A stretch of 64,000 nt of DNA, from the NCBI GenBank assembly GCA_038087875.1, contig CM075979.1, forward strand, positions 69,006,001 through 69,070,000. Reading direction: 5' to 3'. Under the pieces are notes generated by a model, which saw only the letters and a list, made by a program, of their open reading frames with translations, did not search any database and was not told the origin of the DNA. The DNA is from Malacoraja senta. Its lineage: Eukaryota. The position numbers and the translations under genes were made by a program. This document shows, one piece after another, positions 27,401-37,227 of this stretch. Every line of letters starts with the position of its first letter. The first letter of the stretch is position 1.

Positions 27401-30400
27401 ACTCCAGTGTGGAGCAGAGGGATGGATAGGATAGGTTTAGTGGGATCTCCGTGGATTGTCACCTTGTCATGATAGAGAAGCTCGTGTGGACCTGAGATCC
27501 TGAGAGCGATGCCGTCTGGAGCTATGCTCCTGGTAGGGCCACCCATGGCGGTAAGATCGAGGGGGAGGTCTCTGACAAAGAGCAATCCAACCAAGACCTC
27601 AACGGTAGAACAGGCCGAGGATGATGGCTGACCTTTGTGGCGCATCACAACGGCTGGGAAGGCGGATGAAGGATGCAGCAGAAAAGGGTCCCTGGTCGTC
27701 GGACTCCATGCCACTGGATCATGACCCAGATCTGTCAAGGACTGTGGGGTGGCTGTTTGTGCACCAGTCTCCCCACGTTATACAAAGTCACGCACAGGCA
27801 TCCACCATATAAGGAATAACACCCTGGAGACACCCATGGTCAGCCTAAGAAGTGAGATATGGGCCAAGCGCATGCAGATGGGACTAGTGTAGATAGGGCA
27901 TGTTGGTCAGTATGGGCAAGTTGGCCCAAAGGTCGAATCTATGATTCTATGAGTGTGGGTTCTTTATGATGTCCTCATCTGTACTCTCCTGTGGATGGAA
28001 AATATCTTTTCCCACTATGTTCAATTAAAGTAGGAAGTTGGTCCAGTTGTTTCAACCAATGTCAATGTCAACAAGATGGATTATTACTTGTCAGAGTATG
28101 CCCTTTTTCATGTAGAAACGAAGAAATGCAGATGCTGGTTCATACATTAAAAGATACAAAGTGCTGGAGTAACTCAGCAGATTAGGCTGCATCTCTGGAG
28201 AACATGGATAGGTGATGATCGGTTCGAGACCCTTCTAGTCTGAAGAAGGTTCTCGATCCGAAATTTCACTTATCCATGTTCTTCAGAGATACTGCCTGAC
28301 CTACTGAGTAAAGGGCCTGTCCCACTGTACGATTCAAGAGCTCTCCGAGTTAAAAAAAAAAAAAAACTCGTGGTAAGCACGTAGAATGTACGTCGGAGCT
28401 CGGGGACGTCTCTTAGCGGCTCGTAACGCTAACGGCAGGTAAGCTCGTGAAGACTACGTACATTCGACCTTTGTTTGAGAGGCCCAAGTACCTACGAGCG
28501 GCTATTACGGTAATTCTCCGAGTTCGAATCAGGGGAAACTCGGGAGAACTCGTGGATTACCTCGTACAGTGGGACAGCCCCTTTACTCCAGCATTCTGTC
28601 CTTATTTCCTATTTTTCACGTTGTTGAATGGTAACTACACTTCAAAGGTGGTTATTTAGACTGAAAATGCTTTGGAACTGCTTAGATTCAAGAAAAGATC
28701 AATCAGAAAGGTTTTTACTTTTTGTGGTTTATTTATTCATACACATGGTCTGAAAGTGTTGATGAAATTTTGAACATTTAATATGTAGCATACTGGCAAG
28801 TGAAAGGGAAAGATCGTTGTCATCTTTTATTTGGATATTATGTTTGAGTCCCACTGATTTATCATTTCTGGGATTGTGTTCTAATGCATATCATTTCCTA
28901 CAGCAATGTTGATTATAACCAGTACAATCTCAGCACTGTCAAGATTTAGAGTTAAAGGATTAGATTTACTCTTAAAGTATAGGCTATCGGTATAAATAAT
29001 CTCGAAGTCTACATTCTTGGTCAATGCATGGTGCCTCTTGGGACTAATGTAGCAGGGACATGTTGGCCGAAGAGGGCAAGTTGTGCTGAAGGGCCTGTTT
29101 CCACGTTGTATGAATCTATGACTGAATATCATAGAATGTGTTGGTATGGAATATTTTGCAAAGTATAACTGAAATTGTCTATTTTCTATTGTCTATTGAA
29201 ATGCTGATGGGCATATTTCCAAATACAACAGAAAATGGATGTCCACCTCACCCTTTAGAGGGCATTTGTTTGGAGATTTGTTTTGGCTGCCCCTTGGCTA
29301 TCTTGGTAATGAAAGTCCTCGTAAAAGTACTAAATGTTGTTTCCTTTATCCTGTATCTGTACACTGTGGACAGCTTGAATGTAATCATGTATAATCTTTT
29401 TAATGGCTGGATTGCATGCAACAAAAAAGCTTTCCCCTGTACCTCGCTACACGTGGCAATTATAAACTAAACTAAGGGTGTTGTCATGCCTACCATGTTC
29501 TGTTGTGCTGAAGCAAAGCAAGAATTTCATTGTCCTATCAGGGACACATGACAATAAACTCTCTTGAATCTTAAAGTTATTTTTTAGAGATAGTTGAATG
29601 CGTTTGAATAAGTGAGTTAATTATTCCTCGAAGTAGTGCTTTACGTTTGAGGTATATTGGTCTGTTTAAATGATGGAGATATATTCTGGCACAGCTTGTA
29701 GTATTTAATTCCATTCCTTGATTGTTGACGATCATCTAATTTGACTTTTTAATGTATCATAATAGTGGCACTATAATCTGCTTTGTACTTTAATGTGATG
29801 TGCTAGGATCCTTGAGATTTTTTGATTATTTAATTTGCTTTACCATTCATGTTGAAAGCATTATGCACCATTATGTTGTTCTTGATTGATGTAACTTGTT
29901 TCTTAAATGAGTCTTGCAAACTAATATGTTTTAATTATTGCCATTTAACTTTGATGCATAACAAATGTGGTTATGATGCTTTTTAATGAGAATATAATCA
30001 TTACAGTAATTACTGTAAAAACATAGGATTTAATTAAGATTTAGTTACATTTTGCATTCACATTGATTTATTTGGAAGAGAAGAAACTACTTGTAACTTG
30101 CCAGCCCCAAGCAGTCTGCTCCTCCATCTCCAGAAGTTGCAGACTACAATTTATAAATGTCTCAAGCGTTTCATATCTATACACACCTAAAAGTTGTTCC
30201 TATTTCCTATTAAGTCTTGCTGCCTTGCAGCCTTGTTTTTCTGCAGTAAGAATTCTGGTTGAACTGGGTTAAGTGATGTGATGAAAAGCAGAGACACTGG
30301 GTCTTTAGAGTTTGTGGACTGTGATTTGAACTCCACAACCTACTGTTCGTTAAAAAATTGAATGCCATCAGGGTGGTTATTGATTTTTACATTCCAGAAC

Positions 30401-31666
30401 AGTAGTGACGCTGCTGCAGAGTTGTTGCCTTGCAGTGCCAGAGACCCGGGTTCAATCCTGACCGTAAGGAGTTTGCACGTTCTCCCTGTGACCATGTGGG
30501 TTTTCTCAGGGTGCTCTGGTTTACCTCCACATCCCAAACACTTGCACGTTTGTAGGTTAATTGGTTTCTGCAAATTGTCCCTAATGTGGAGGATAGAACT
30601 AGTGTAGGGGTGATCGTTGGTCAGTGTGGATTCGGTGGGCCAGAGGGCTTGGTTCCACAGTGTATCTCCAAACTAAGCTAAACTAATCTGCTGAGATGTC
30701 TGGTCCAGATTATTGAGTTTGGCAAATGTGCCACTTAGCACAAGACTAACTGAATGCATTGGCAATTTCTTGGGTAAGGTTTCATACAATGGCTAAAATC
30801 AATATCAATTATCTAATATTCACAGTAATTTGATATTATGTCAATGTTTCCTTGACACCATCACTTAAACTGAATATTACTTTTGGTACAGTAGAAATGT
30901 AGCATGAGTTATCACTCTTTTTTCAGCAACATTAGAACACTATTATATTGACAGTGGGGGGGGAAATCATACTTTTTATACACACTGAGCTTATAAAACA
31001 CAATTTAACAATGCATTTAAAAAGACACAGTTTATCGCGATAAAAATTAGACCTTAATACCGAGTGCCCCATCCAGACTAATCCAGCTCTTCCTTAAAAA
31101 TACATAACTACTGAACCTTGAGACCAAGATTATCAACAATTTCAATACAGGGTAATTTTTAAAATATTACCAGCAATTAACAACCGCAGCCTGAAGAAGA
31201 AGTAGATTTATTAGGAAAGAGTTAAAACGGTCCCAACCCGAAAAATCACCTTTGTTTTCTCCAGAGATGCTGCCTGATCTGCTGAGTTACTCCAGCTTTT
31301 TATGTCTATCTTTGGTATAAACCAACATCTGCAGTTCCTTTCTACACAAGGGGTTCCCTTGTTGAAAGATACATTCCGGTTAAAACTGCAGAAGGTTCAA
31401 AGTATTTTTATATAAACGCTACACATCTAGATATTCATCACTGGGAGAATTAAAGCAGTTACCTCAGGTTCACTAATGATCAACTCTTCTTCATAGTCAT
31501 ACAAAGTACTTGCTTCCTGATTCACATAGTCGAGATCTTCAAAGTGATCGTCAGGTAATAATTGTATTTGTTTCAACTTTGTTCTCTCCTCATTCCTTGC
31601 AGGAGCAGCAAGAACTGCCTCTAGGAGCAGAAATCCCACCAGTATTTGATAAGCAAAGGTCTTCAT
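3204..31666 (-). CDS. EPYC: Epiphycan (class III SLRP), complete spliced CDS: join of 31463-31666, 19009-19153, 12470-12628, 7368-7570, 5590-5685, 3204-3371 (975 nt, 324 aa)
   Basis: Six exons with GT/AG boundaries and compatible phases (0,1,1,0,0) give an uninterrupted ORF with a signal peptide, an acidic N-terminus, the class III cysteine motif CX2CXCX6C, LRRs and the C-terminus [29 protein letters not shown] typical of epiphycan. It lies directly downstream of KERA on the same strand, as in the EPYC-KERA-LUM-DCN cluster. Confidence 0.9.
5590..5685 (-). CDS. EPYC: EPYC coding exon 5 (DMSNLAFLYLAGNALSYVPLPLPESLRSINLQ)
   Basis: 96 nt, polypyrimidine tract plus tacag acceptor, CAG|gtaaaa donor; contained in ORF 5551..5745. 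Confidence 0.95.
6955..7260 (+). mobile_element. HE1-type tRNA-derived V-SINE (representative; at least 25 copies in the window)
   Basis: tRNA-like head with A/B boxes (ggcacagtggcgcagtggtagag...gggttcaatcc), V-domain core, CR1-type tail gggccgaagggcctgtttcc, (AAACT)n end. Other copies at about 1-245, 546-856, 3503-3801, 9292-9595, 13325-13615, 18505-18808, 19683-19984, 21800-22092, 23742-24042, 30408-30686, 37773-38050, 40385-40683, 41035-41342, 41630-42090, 43318-43588, 44105-44384, 46660-46945, 49030-49310, 51828-52125, 53050-53322 and 62070-62478. Confidence 0.85.
7368..7570 (-). CDS. EPYC: EPYC coding exon 4 (NHLKRIDVTGNRISSIDEDALRQLPDLVDLMIASNELVQLPELPKSMVNIDASYNKLHSNGIKKEAFK)
   Basis: 203 nt, cattttag acceptor, AAA|gtaagt donor, LRR motifs; translated by hand. 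Confidence 0.95.
8575..9160 (-). mobile_element. Rex1/Babar-like LINE 3' fragment
   Basis: LTNLYRCTIESILSGCITAWFGN...KKLQRIV...LPSIDSI motif and (AAACT)n tail; related copies at about 13800-14260, 34610-35180, 39600-39990, 47340-47670 and 59225-59580. Confidence 0.75.
9676..11397. mobile_element. Penelope-like pseudo-LTR foldback (inverted pair) hosting the L1
   Basis: Left arm tagacaaaagtgctggagaaactcagcgg...cccttcttcaga is the reverse complement of right arm tctgaagaa...tttctccagcacttttgtcta; near-duplicate flanks aacataaa(g)ttctccaac at about 9658-9674 and 11396-11412. Confidence 0.7.
9708..11182 (+). mobile_element. 5'-truncated L1-clade LINE (ORF2 C-terminus, 3' UTR, poly(A))
   Basis: About 350 intact codons with the L1 C-terminal CCHC (CDKC...IAHSFVFC), pyrimidine-rich 3' UTR, AATAAA plus poly(A), 16-bp TSD AGAAACTCAGCGGGTG at 9692-9707 and 11183-11198. 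Confidence 0.93.
11994..12387. mobile_element. Tc1/pogo(Tigger)-like MITE (394 bp)
   Basis: TA flanks; imperfect TIRs CAGGTTCACCATCATTTTC and (reverse complement) CAGGTCCACCACTGATTTTC. Confidence 0.7.
12470..12628 (-). CDS. EPYC: EPYC coding exon 3 (GLPTCLQCTCLSGSVYCDDTDIENIPPLPKDTTHFYARFNKITSVKKGDFAGL)
   Basis: 159 nt, ttccaag acceptor, A|gtatga donor, class III SLRP cysteine cluster. Confidence 0.95.
15459..15490. repeat. (GACA)n microsatellite tail of an RTE-like 3' fragment (about 15260-15490; related fragment at about 58240-58325)
   Basis: Shared gact(g/a)ctcatcc..agctt..gag.aaaactgc and gatggcaccactcaacc motifs between the two loci. Confidence 0.6.
16060..17045 (+). mobile_element. 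CR1 LINE 3' fragment (RT C-terminus intact, (TTCTATGT)n tail)
   Basis: ORF 16175..16945 preceded by SKFADDTKL; VRPHLEYCVQFWSP motif; 3' UTR and octamer tail; interrupts an older CR1-tail repeat. Confidence 0.95.
17995..18440 (+). mobile_element. Penelope-like element 3' end (GIY-YIG endonuclease C-terminus plus pseudo-LTR)
   Basis: Degenerate translation SDLSVLGLLHCQSEATCKL...HLIFCLGSLQ.SGMDIDFSNLK*, followed by the gaagggtctcgacccgaaacg / tctccagagatgctgcc repeat. Confidence 0.75.
19009..19153 (-). CDS. EPYC: EPYC coding exon 2 (VEVGRLDPSENSVFETYGSGYEEEESPYGPLDPGAPSVPGLFGPDSKE)
   Basis: Acceptor ...tcataag|GTG, donor GAAG|gtttgt, 145 nt, phase 0 to 1. GLFGPDSKE-G joins LPTC as in epiphycans. 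This reading frame is not in the ORF track. Confidence 0.85.
20385..21045 (+). mobile_element. Degenerate CR1 LINE 3' fragment
   Basis: gccgcacttggagtattgcgtgcagttctggtcgccccattac motif and gggccgaaggg...ctgtactgttctatgttct tail. Confidence 0.85.
22881..23134. repeat. 51-bp tandem repeat, 5 copies, derived from a SINE 3' end
   Basis: Unit ttagacttta(g/c)acccagtctgtgctaactagcgatcaccccgtacactagt at 22881, 22932, 22983, 23034 and 23085. Confidence 0.95.
26431..26906 (+). mobile_element. Solo LTR (476 bp)
   Basis: TG...ACTACA ends, 4-bp TSD GTTC (26427-26430 and 26907-26910), internal TATAAAA near 26779 and AATAAA near 26848, short internal repeats (gtaatcaagaccta). Confidence 0.55.
27447..27850 (+). 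mobile_element. RTE-clade-derived non-autonomous bipartite retroposon
   Basis: 5' part resembles Rex3/Expander and BovB 5' UTRs (caccttgtc...ctggtagggccacccatggc...tctgacaaag). It interrupts a host repeat that resumes at gatatgggccaa, with an imperfect agtg(g/a)gat duplication. Confidence 0.65.
28312..28582. mobile_element. PIF/Harbinger-type MITE (271 bp)
   Basis: 21-bp TIRs AGGG(C/G)CTGTCCCACTGTACGA with one mismatch, flanked by TAA/TTA; splits the host motif ctgagTTActccagca. Confidence 0.85.
31463..31666 (-). CDS. EPYC: EPYC coding exon 1 (signal peptide and acidic N-terminus, MKTFAYQILVGFLLLEAVLAAP...ELIISEPE)
   Basis: ATG at 31666, hydrophobic signal peptide, phase-0 donor GAG|GTAACT at 31463/31462, acceptor AG about 10 nt upstream of the ATG. 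Confidence 0.88.
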
Positions 31667-33129
31667 TCTTGAATTCTTGAAGAAATAAATGGTACCGTTA
31701 ACACTTCTTTAAAAGGAAGTGCTTTTTAAAAAATTTAAAATCCAAGAGTAATGGATTTGCTTGTATATTCTGTGGAAATTCTCTGTCCTCTTAGCTCCAT
31801 TAGATTATGATATTTTATTAATAAAATTGACATGCCTTGACATAATAAATACATTCCAATCATAAAATCTATTACAAACCAAATACAACCAAATGCTAGT
31901 TTACTCAAGCAAGTGAATTCAATTGAAGTCTTCCAGCGAATATGCACCTCAGATTACATTTCAACTTGTCGAGACTAGCAATTTGTTTTATTTACAGACG
32001 GGATTCTCCATATGAAAGCAAGTCTGTGTATGGACTTTCACTAATCATGGCTACATGAAATTCCTTTGGGAGCTGACGACTGTGGAGAAACCCAAGGATT
32101 TCACACTGGTTTCCTTTTTCAGTCGTCTTCACATAAACTGTGCAGTCAAACTGTAAAATGTTGAGGTTGACTTTGTACAGTGATACTTTGTGACTCTTAT
32201 TTGTCAGAATCCCTACTGTGGCCGAGGTTCTGTAAATAGAATCAAAGTCTGAACACACTTACCTTAGATTCAATCCGAGAAATAGAACATTCCCTTAAAT
32301 TTAATCAAAAATGGGAAATGGATAATCTGTGAATGGATACGATTTTGCTGATGATTGTATACTGATGAGCAACAAAGCCTTCAGCCCCGGATCATACAGC
32401 AAGTGCTGCCCACTACTATTTAGGTCTTGGTGGAAACTTGTATTAGAAACTGTGATTTGCACTCCATTTTAAATTTACTCAAATTTAATCTGAAGAAGGG
32501 TCCCCTCCTGAAAAGTCAGCTATCCATGTTACCATTACCTTTTTTTAAATCCACTTTTACCTTTTTCATGGGTCATTGGATTCACTTGTGGAATGGGGTT
32601 TTCAAATTAAATCTTGTGATAAATTAAAGCTTCTTCAATTGGAGCTGGAACAATCTCATTTTGAATGCTGCTCACTATCTCAGCCTTATTTTTCTTGGCT
32701 AGGTGAAGCTCTGCATATTCTCCCCTGCAAACTCAAAAGGTGAAACAGTGATCCCCTTTGCCGCAGTGTAGAATTTAGTAAAAAAAAACGTAATATACAG
32801 CAAAAATTAAAAGCAGTTTCCTTTTCCATGTTTGAAAAGATGTCCACAATATCAGCATTGTATCTGCCTTAAAAAAGCTTGGCCTTCTTTGATCCATTTC
32901 CCTTTTATCATTCCTTCTGAAGGATTCTAGATGATGAACAGTTTGATTAAAATTGGTAGTTGACACTTCAGTACTTGGGTTGATCAGTATTTTTGAAGAA
33001 TTTGATTAAAATTAGCAGTTGCCTCTTCAGCACTTTATAGATTCATCTGTAGTTTTATGCAGATGTAATCCAATAAGAAAAATTGAACTGATCTAGATTC
33101 TATAAATGTATTGAAAGCCCAATACTCAC

Positions 33130-33220
33130 CCTCAGTTGATATCCTCTGAAATGGTCCACTGGCAAAATGTAGAGAAAATGATGACGAAATTCAATACCAT
33201 AAGATGAAGCTACATTTATG
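33130..33220 (-). promoter_or_regulatory. EPYC: Probable EPYC non-coding first exon (about 33185-33130) and TATA-like CATAAAT (33220-33214)
   Basis: Strong donor AGG|GTGAGT at 33130/33129 in repeat-free sequence, with a TATA-like element about 85 nt upstream. Vertebrate EPYC has an untranslated first exon. The TSS is inferred only. Confidence 0.5.
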
Positions 33221-35530
33221 AGATTCAAGGGCTTCCCTTGAATGAACTGCAGCTGGCTTTACCCACTGTGTGCGCTGCTGCAGCTATGGCTGTGTAGACT
33301 TTGTGACACAGTGTTTACTTTCATGTAACCTAATACTACCTCTGCAAGTGTCTCGGGGAAAAAAAACTGCATACAACACCCTGAGATTTCCAAAAGGTTT
33401 GCAGTCTAGGCTAGGGAAAGCTTTGCGAGAGCCTGCAGTGTAGCACAAGCATATTCGGTGACAAAGCTTGGGGCATCAGTGTCTCGGAGACTATTTTGCA
33501 ATCAAATCAACAATCAAAAATGAATTTTGCTGATGATTGTATACTGATGAGAAACAATGCCTTCAGCCCTGGATCATACAGCAAATAAAGCCCATTATTA
33601 TTTGGGTCTTGATCAAAACTTGTATTAGAAACTACGATGTTCGCTCCATTTTAAATTTACTCAACTTTAATTTGATGAAGGGTCACGACCCGTAACGTCA
33701 CCTAGCCATGTTCTCCAGAGATGTTGCCTGTCCCGCTGAGTTACTCCAGCACTTTGTGTCTTTTAAAAAAATGTATGCACATTCATGTCATAGGAGCAGA
33801 ATTAGGGCATTTGGCCCATCAAGTCTCCTCCAACATTCAATCATGGCTGATCTATCAACCCCATTCTCCTGCCTTCTCCCCATTGCCTTTGACACCCTTA
33901 CTAATCAAGAATCTGTCAATCTCTGCATTAATAATACCCAATGATTGGCCCCTGCAGCCATCTATGGCAATGAAATCCACAGATTCACCACCCTATGTCA
34001 GTAGCTATATTATAACATTACCCACGCTACTCTGATTACATAAAAGCTGCTTTTTCAAATCGTGTTATTTGTCCGTCCGTAACTATACTATATATATAAC
34101 CATAAATAGACACAAAAAGTTGTAGTAACTCAGCGGGACAGGCAGCATCACTGGAGAGAAGGAATGGGTTCTCTTCCTTCTCTCCAGAGATGCTGCCTGT
34201 CCCGCTGAGTTACTACAACTTTTTATGTCTATCTTCGGTTTAAACCAGCATCTGCTGTTCCTTCCTATATATATATATCTCCCATGTTTTTCTCATTGAC
34301 ATACTCTCCTCTCTCTCTTAGTACGTCTTAATAGACTTTTGAAATGCAAATGACTGAGCATTGTAAGTGGACCAACTACAATCAAAATTAATTCATTTTT
34401 GACATGGTTTCATATTAAGGTTGATTTACTGATTTTTGATAAAGAATGTAAAGAAAGTGCTGGCAAGAAATTCCTCCCACAATGGCAGAGTTCAGCGCAG
34501 GAGTGAAAAAGGCAAGATAAAGTATTTGTAAATGAATACTTGTAATCTCCTCACATAATGAAGTAGTCCGTTCTTGAATGCCGAAGAAACTAAAAAAGGC
34601 TTAGAAAGTTCGGAATGTCCTCAACGATTTTTACCAACTTCGGCAGATATGACACAAGAAGCATTTTATCGGGATGCATCACAGCATGGTTTAGGAACAG
34701 CTCCATCCAAGACCAAGAAATTGCAATGTTGTGGACACAGCCCAGACCATCACGCTAACCAACCTCCCTTCCATTGACTCCATCCACACCTCGCGCTGCC
34801 TCGGCAAGGCCACCAGCATAATCCATGACCAGTCTCACCCCGGTCACTCCCTCTTCACCCCCATCTCATCGGGCAAGAGGTACAGAAGTGTGAAAACGCA
34901 CACCTCCAGATTCAGGGACAGTTTCTTCCCAGCGGTTATCAGATAACTGCAGCACCCTATCACTAACTAGAGAGTGATCCTGACCTTCTATCTACCTCGA
35001 TGGAGACCAGCAGACAATCTATAATAGGACTTTACTGGCCTTTATCTTGCATTTAAACGTTGCTCCCTTTACCCTGTATCTATAACTGTGGGTGGCTTGA
35101 TTGTAATTCATGTATAGCATGCAACAAAAAGTTTTTTCGCTGTACGTCGGTACAAATGAGAATAACAAAACTAAACTAATATTAGAAAACAGGTGTAGGA
35201 GTAAGCCCTTCGAGCCAGCACCGCCATTCAATATGATTATGGCTGATCAAAGCTCGGGTGATAAGTTCATAGATGCTAGGCAGAGAACGTCTTTAATGAG
35301 GGTAGGCTTAACTACTTCCCTTTGCGTTCAATGTTACTACTCTCACCATTGTCACGCCTTTGTCTTGAGGGTCACTTTTGACCCTACATTTAACTGGACT
35401 AGCCACAGCCTATGGTTACAAGATCAGCTCAGAGACTGCATGCCCTGCAGTAGGGTGTTTGTGTCCCTCCAAAGCCTTTCTTCTACCCACAAGCCACGAA
35501 TCAGTGGTTTGACAAAGTGCTCCCGAATTA

Positions 35531-37137
35531 CAGTGGCTTGCAAAAGTATTCATACCCCTTGAACTTTTCCACATTTTGTCACGTTACAACCACAAACGTA
35601 AATGTATTTTATTGGAATTTTATGTGATAGACCAACACAAAGTGGTGCATAATTGTGAAGTGGAAGGAAAATGATACATGGTTTTCAATTTTTTTTACAA
35701 ATTAAAAACTGAAAAGTGTCACGTGCAAAAGTATTCAGCCCCCTTTACTCTGATACCCCTAAATAAAATCCAGTGCAACCAATTGCCTTCAGAAGTCACC
35801 TAATTAGTAAATAGAGTCCACGTGTGTAATCTAATCTCAGTATAAATACAGCTGTTCTGTGAAGGCCGCAGAGGTTTGTTAGAGAACATTAGTGAACAAA
35901 CAGCATCATGAAGCCCAAGGAACACACCAGACAGGTCAGGGATAAAGTTGTGGAGAAGTTTAAAGCAGGGTTAGGTTATAAACAAATATCCCAAGCTTTG
36001 AACATCTCACGGAGCACTGTTCAATCCATCATCTGAAAATGGAAAGAGTATGGCACAACTGCAAACCTACCAAGACATGGCCGTCCACCTAAACTGACAG
36101 GCTGGGCAAGGAGAGCATTTATCAGAGAAGCAGCCAAGAGGCCCATGGTAACTCTGGAGGAGCTGCAGAGATCCACAGCTCAGGTGGGAGAATCTGTCCA
36201 CAGGACAACTATTAGTCGTGCACTCCACAAATCGGGCCTTTATGGAAGAGTGGCAAGAAGAAAGCCATTGTTGAAAAAAAGTCATAAGAAGTCCCGTTTG
36301 CAGTTTGCCACAAGCCATGTGGGGGACACAGCAAACATGTGGAGGAAGGTGCTCTGGTCAGATGAGACCAAAATTGAAGTTTTTGGCCTAAATGCAAAAT
36401 GCTATGTGTGGCGGAAACCTAACACTGCACATCACCCTGAACACACCATCCCCACTGTGAAACATGGTGGTGGCAGCATCATGCTGTGGGGATGCTTTTC
36501 TTCAGCAGGGACAGGGAAGCTGGTCAGAGTTGATGGGAAGATGGATGGAGCCAAATACAGGGCAATCTTGGAAGAAAACCTGTTAGAGTCTGCAAAAGAC
36601 TTGAGACTGGGGCGGAGGTTCACCTTCCAACGACCCTAAACATACAGCCAGAGCTGCAATGGAATGGTTTAGATCAAAGCATATTCATGTGTTAGAATGG
36701 CCCAATCAAAGTCCAGACCTAAATCTAATTGAGAATCTCTGGCAAGACTTGAAAATTGCTGTTCACAGACGCTCTCCATCCAATCTGACTGAGCTTGAGC
36801 TATTTTGCAAAGAAGAATGGGCAAAAAATTCATTCTCTAGATGTGCAAAGCTGGTAGACACATACCCCAAAAGACTTGCAGCTGTAATTGCAGCGAAAGG
36901 TGGTTCTACAAAGTATTGACTCCGGGGGGCTGAATACTTGTGCATGCGACACTTTTCAGTTTTTTATTTGTAAAAAAATTTGAAAAACATGTATCATTTT
37001 CCTTCCACTTCACAATTATGCACCACTTTGTGTTGGTCTATCACATAAAATCCCAATAAAATACATTTACGTTTGTGGTTGTAACGTGACAAAATGTGGA
37101 AAAGTTCAAGGGGTATGAAAACTTTTGCAAGCCACTG
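35531..37137 (+). mobile_element. Full-length Tc1/mariner DNA transposon, Passport-like IR-DR type (1607 bp)
   Basis: TA flanks at 35529-35530 and 37138-37139; about 213-bp TIRs (35531-35743 and 36925-37137) starting CAGTGGCTTGCAAAAG, with an inner direct repeat GCAAAAGTATTCAGCCCC; internal transposase. Confidence 0.97.
35908..36919 (+). pseudogene. Tc1 DD34E transposase, disrupted
   Basis: ATG at 35908 (MKPKEHTRQVRDKVVEKFKAGLGY); in-frame TGA at 36034; GRPPK, WSDETK and [11 protein letters not shown] motifs; about 8-bp deletion near 36630 removes the second catalytic Asp (FQQDND) and shifts the frame; stop at 36919. Confidence 0.93.
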
Positions 37138-37227
37138 TATGTTTATCTAATGCTATGGCAAAAATGAATTGAAACTCTCCATTCACAAAAATGCTTGGGA
37201 AATACACGCTAATAACTCCTTGGGTGT

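Noticed and set aside
3204-31666. Calling the class III SLRP osteoglycin or opticin
   Set aside because: The C-terminal RKALE.[14 protein letters not shown].AY motif and adjacency to keratocan favour EPYC; OGN neighbours OMD and OPTC neighbours PRELP.
32344-32403. C/D snoRNA, SECIS or hammerhead in the CTGATGA-containing hairpin
   Set aside because: No correctly placed partner motifs (terminal C/D stem, SECIS helix II spacing, or GAAA closing helix II) were found by eye.
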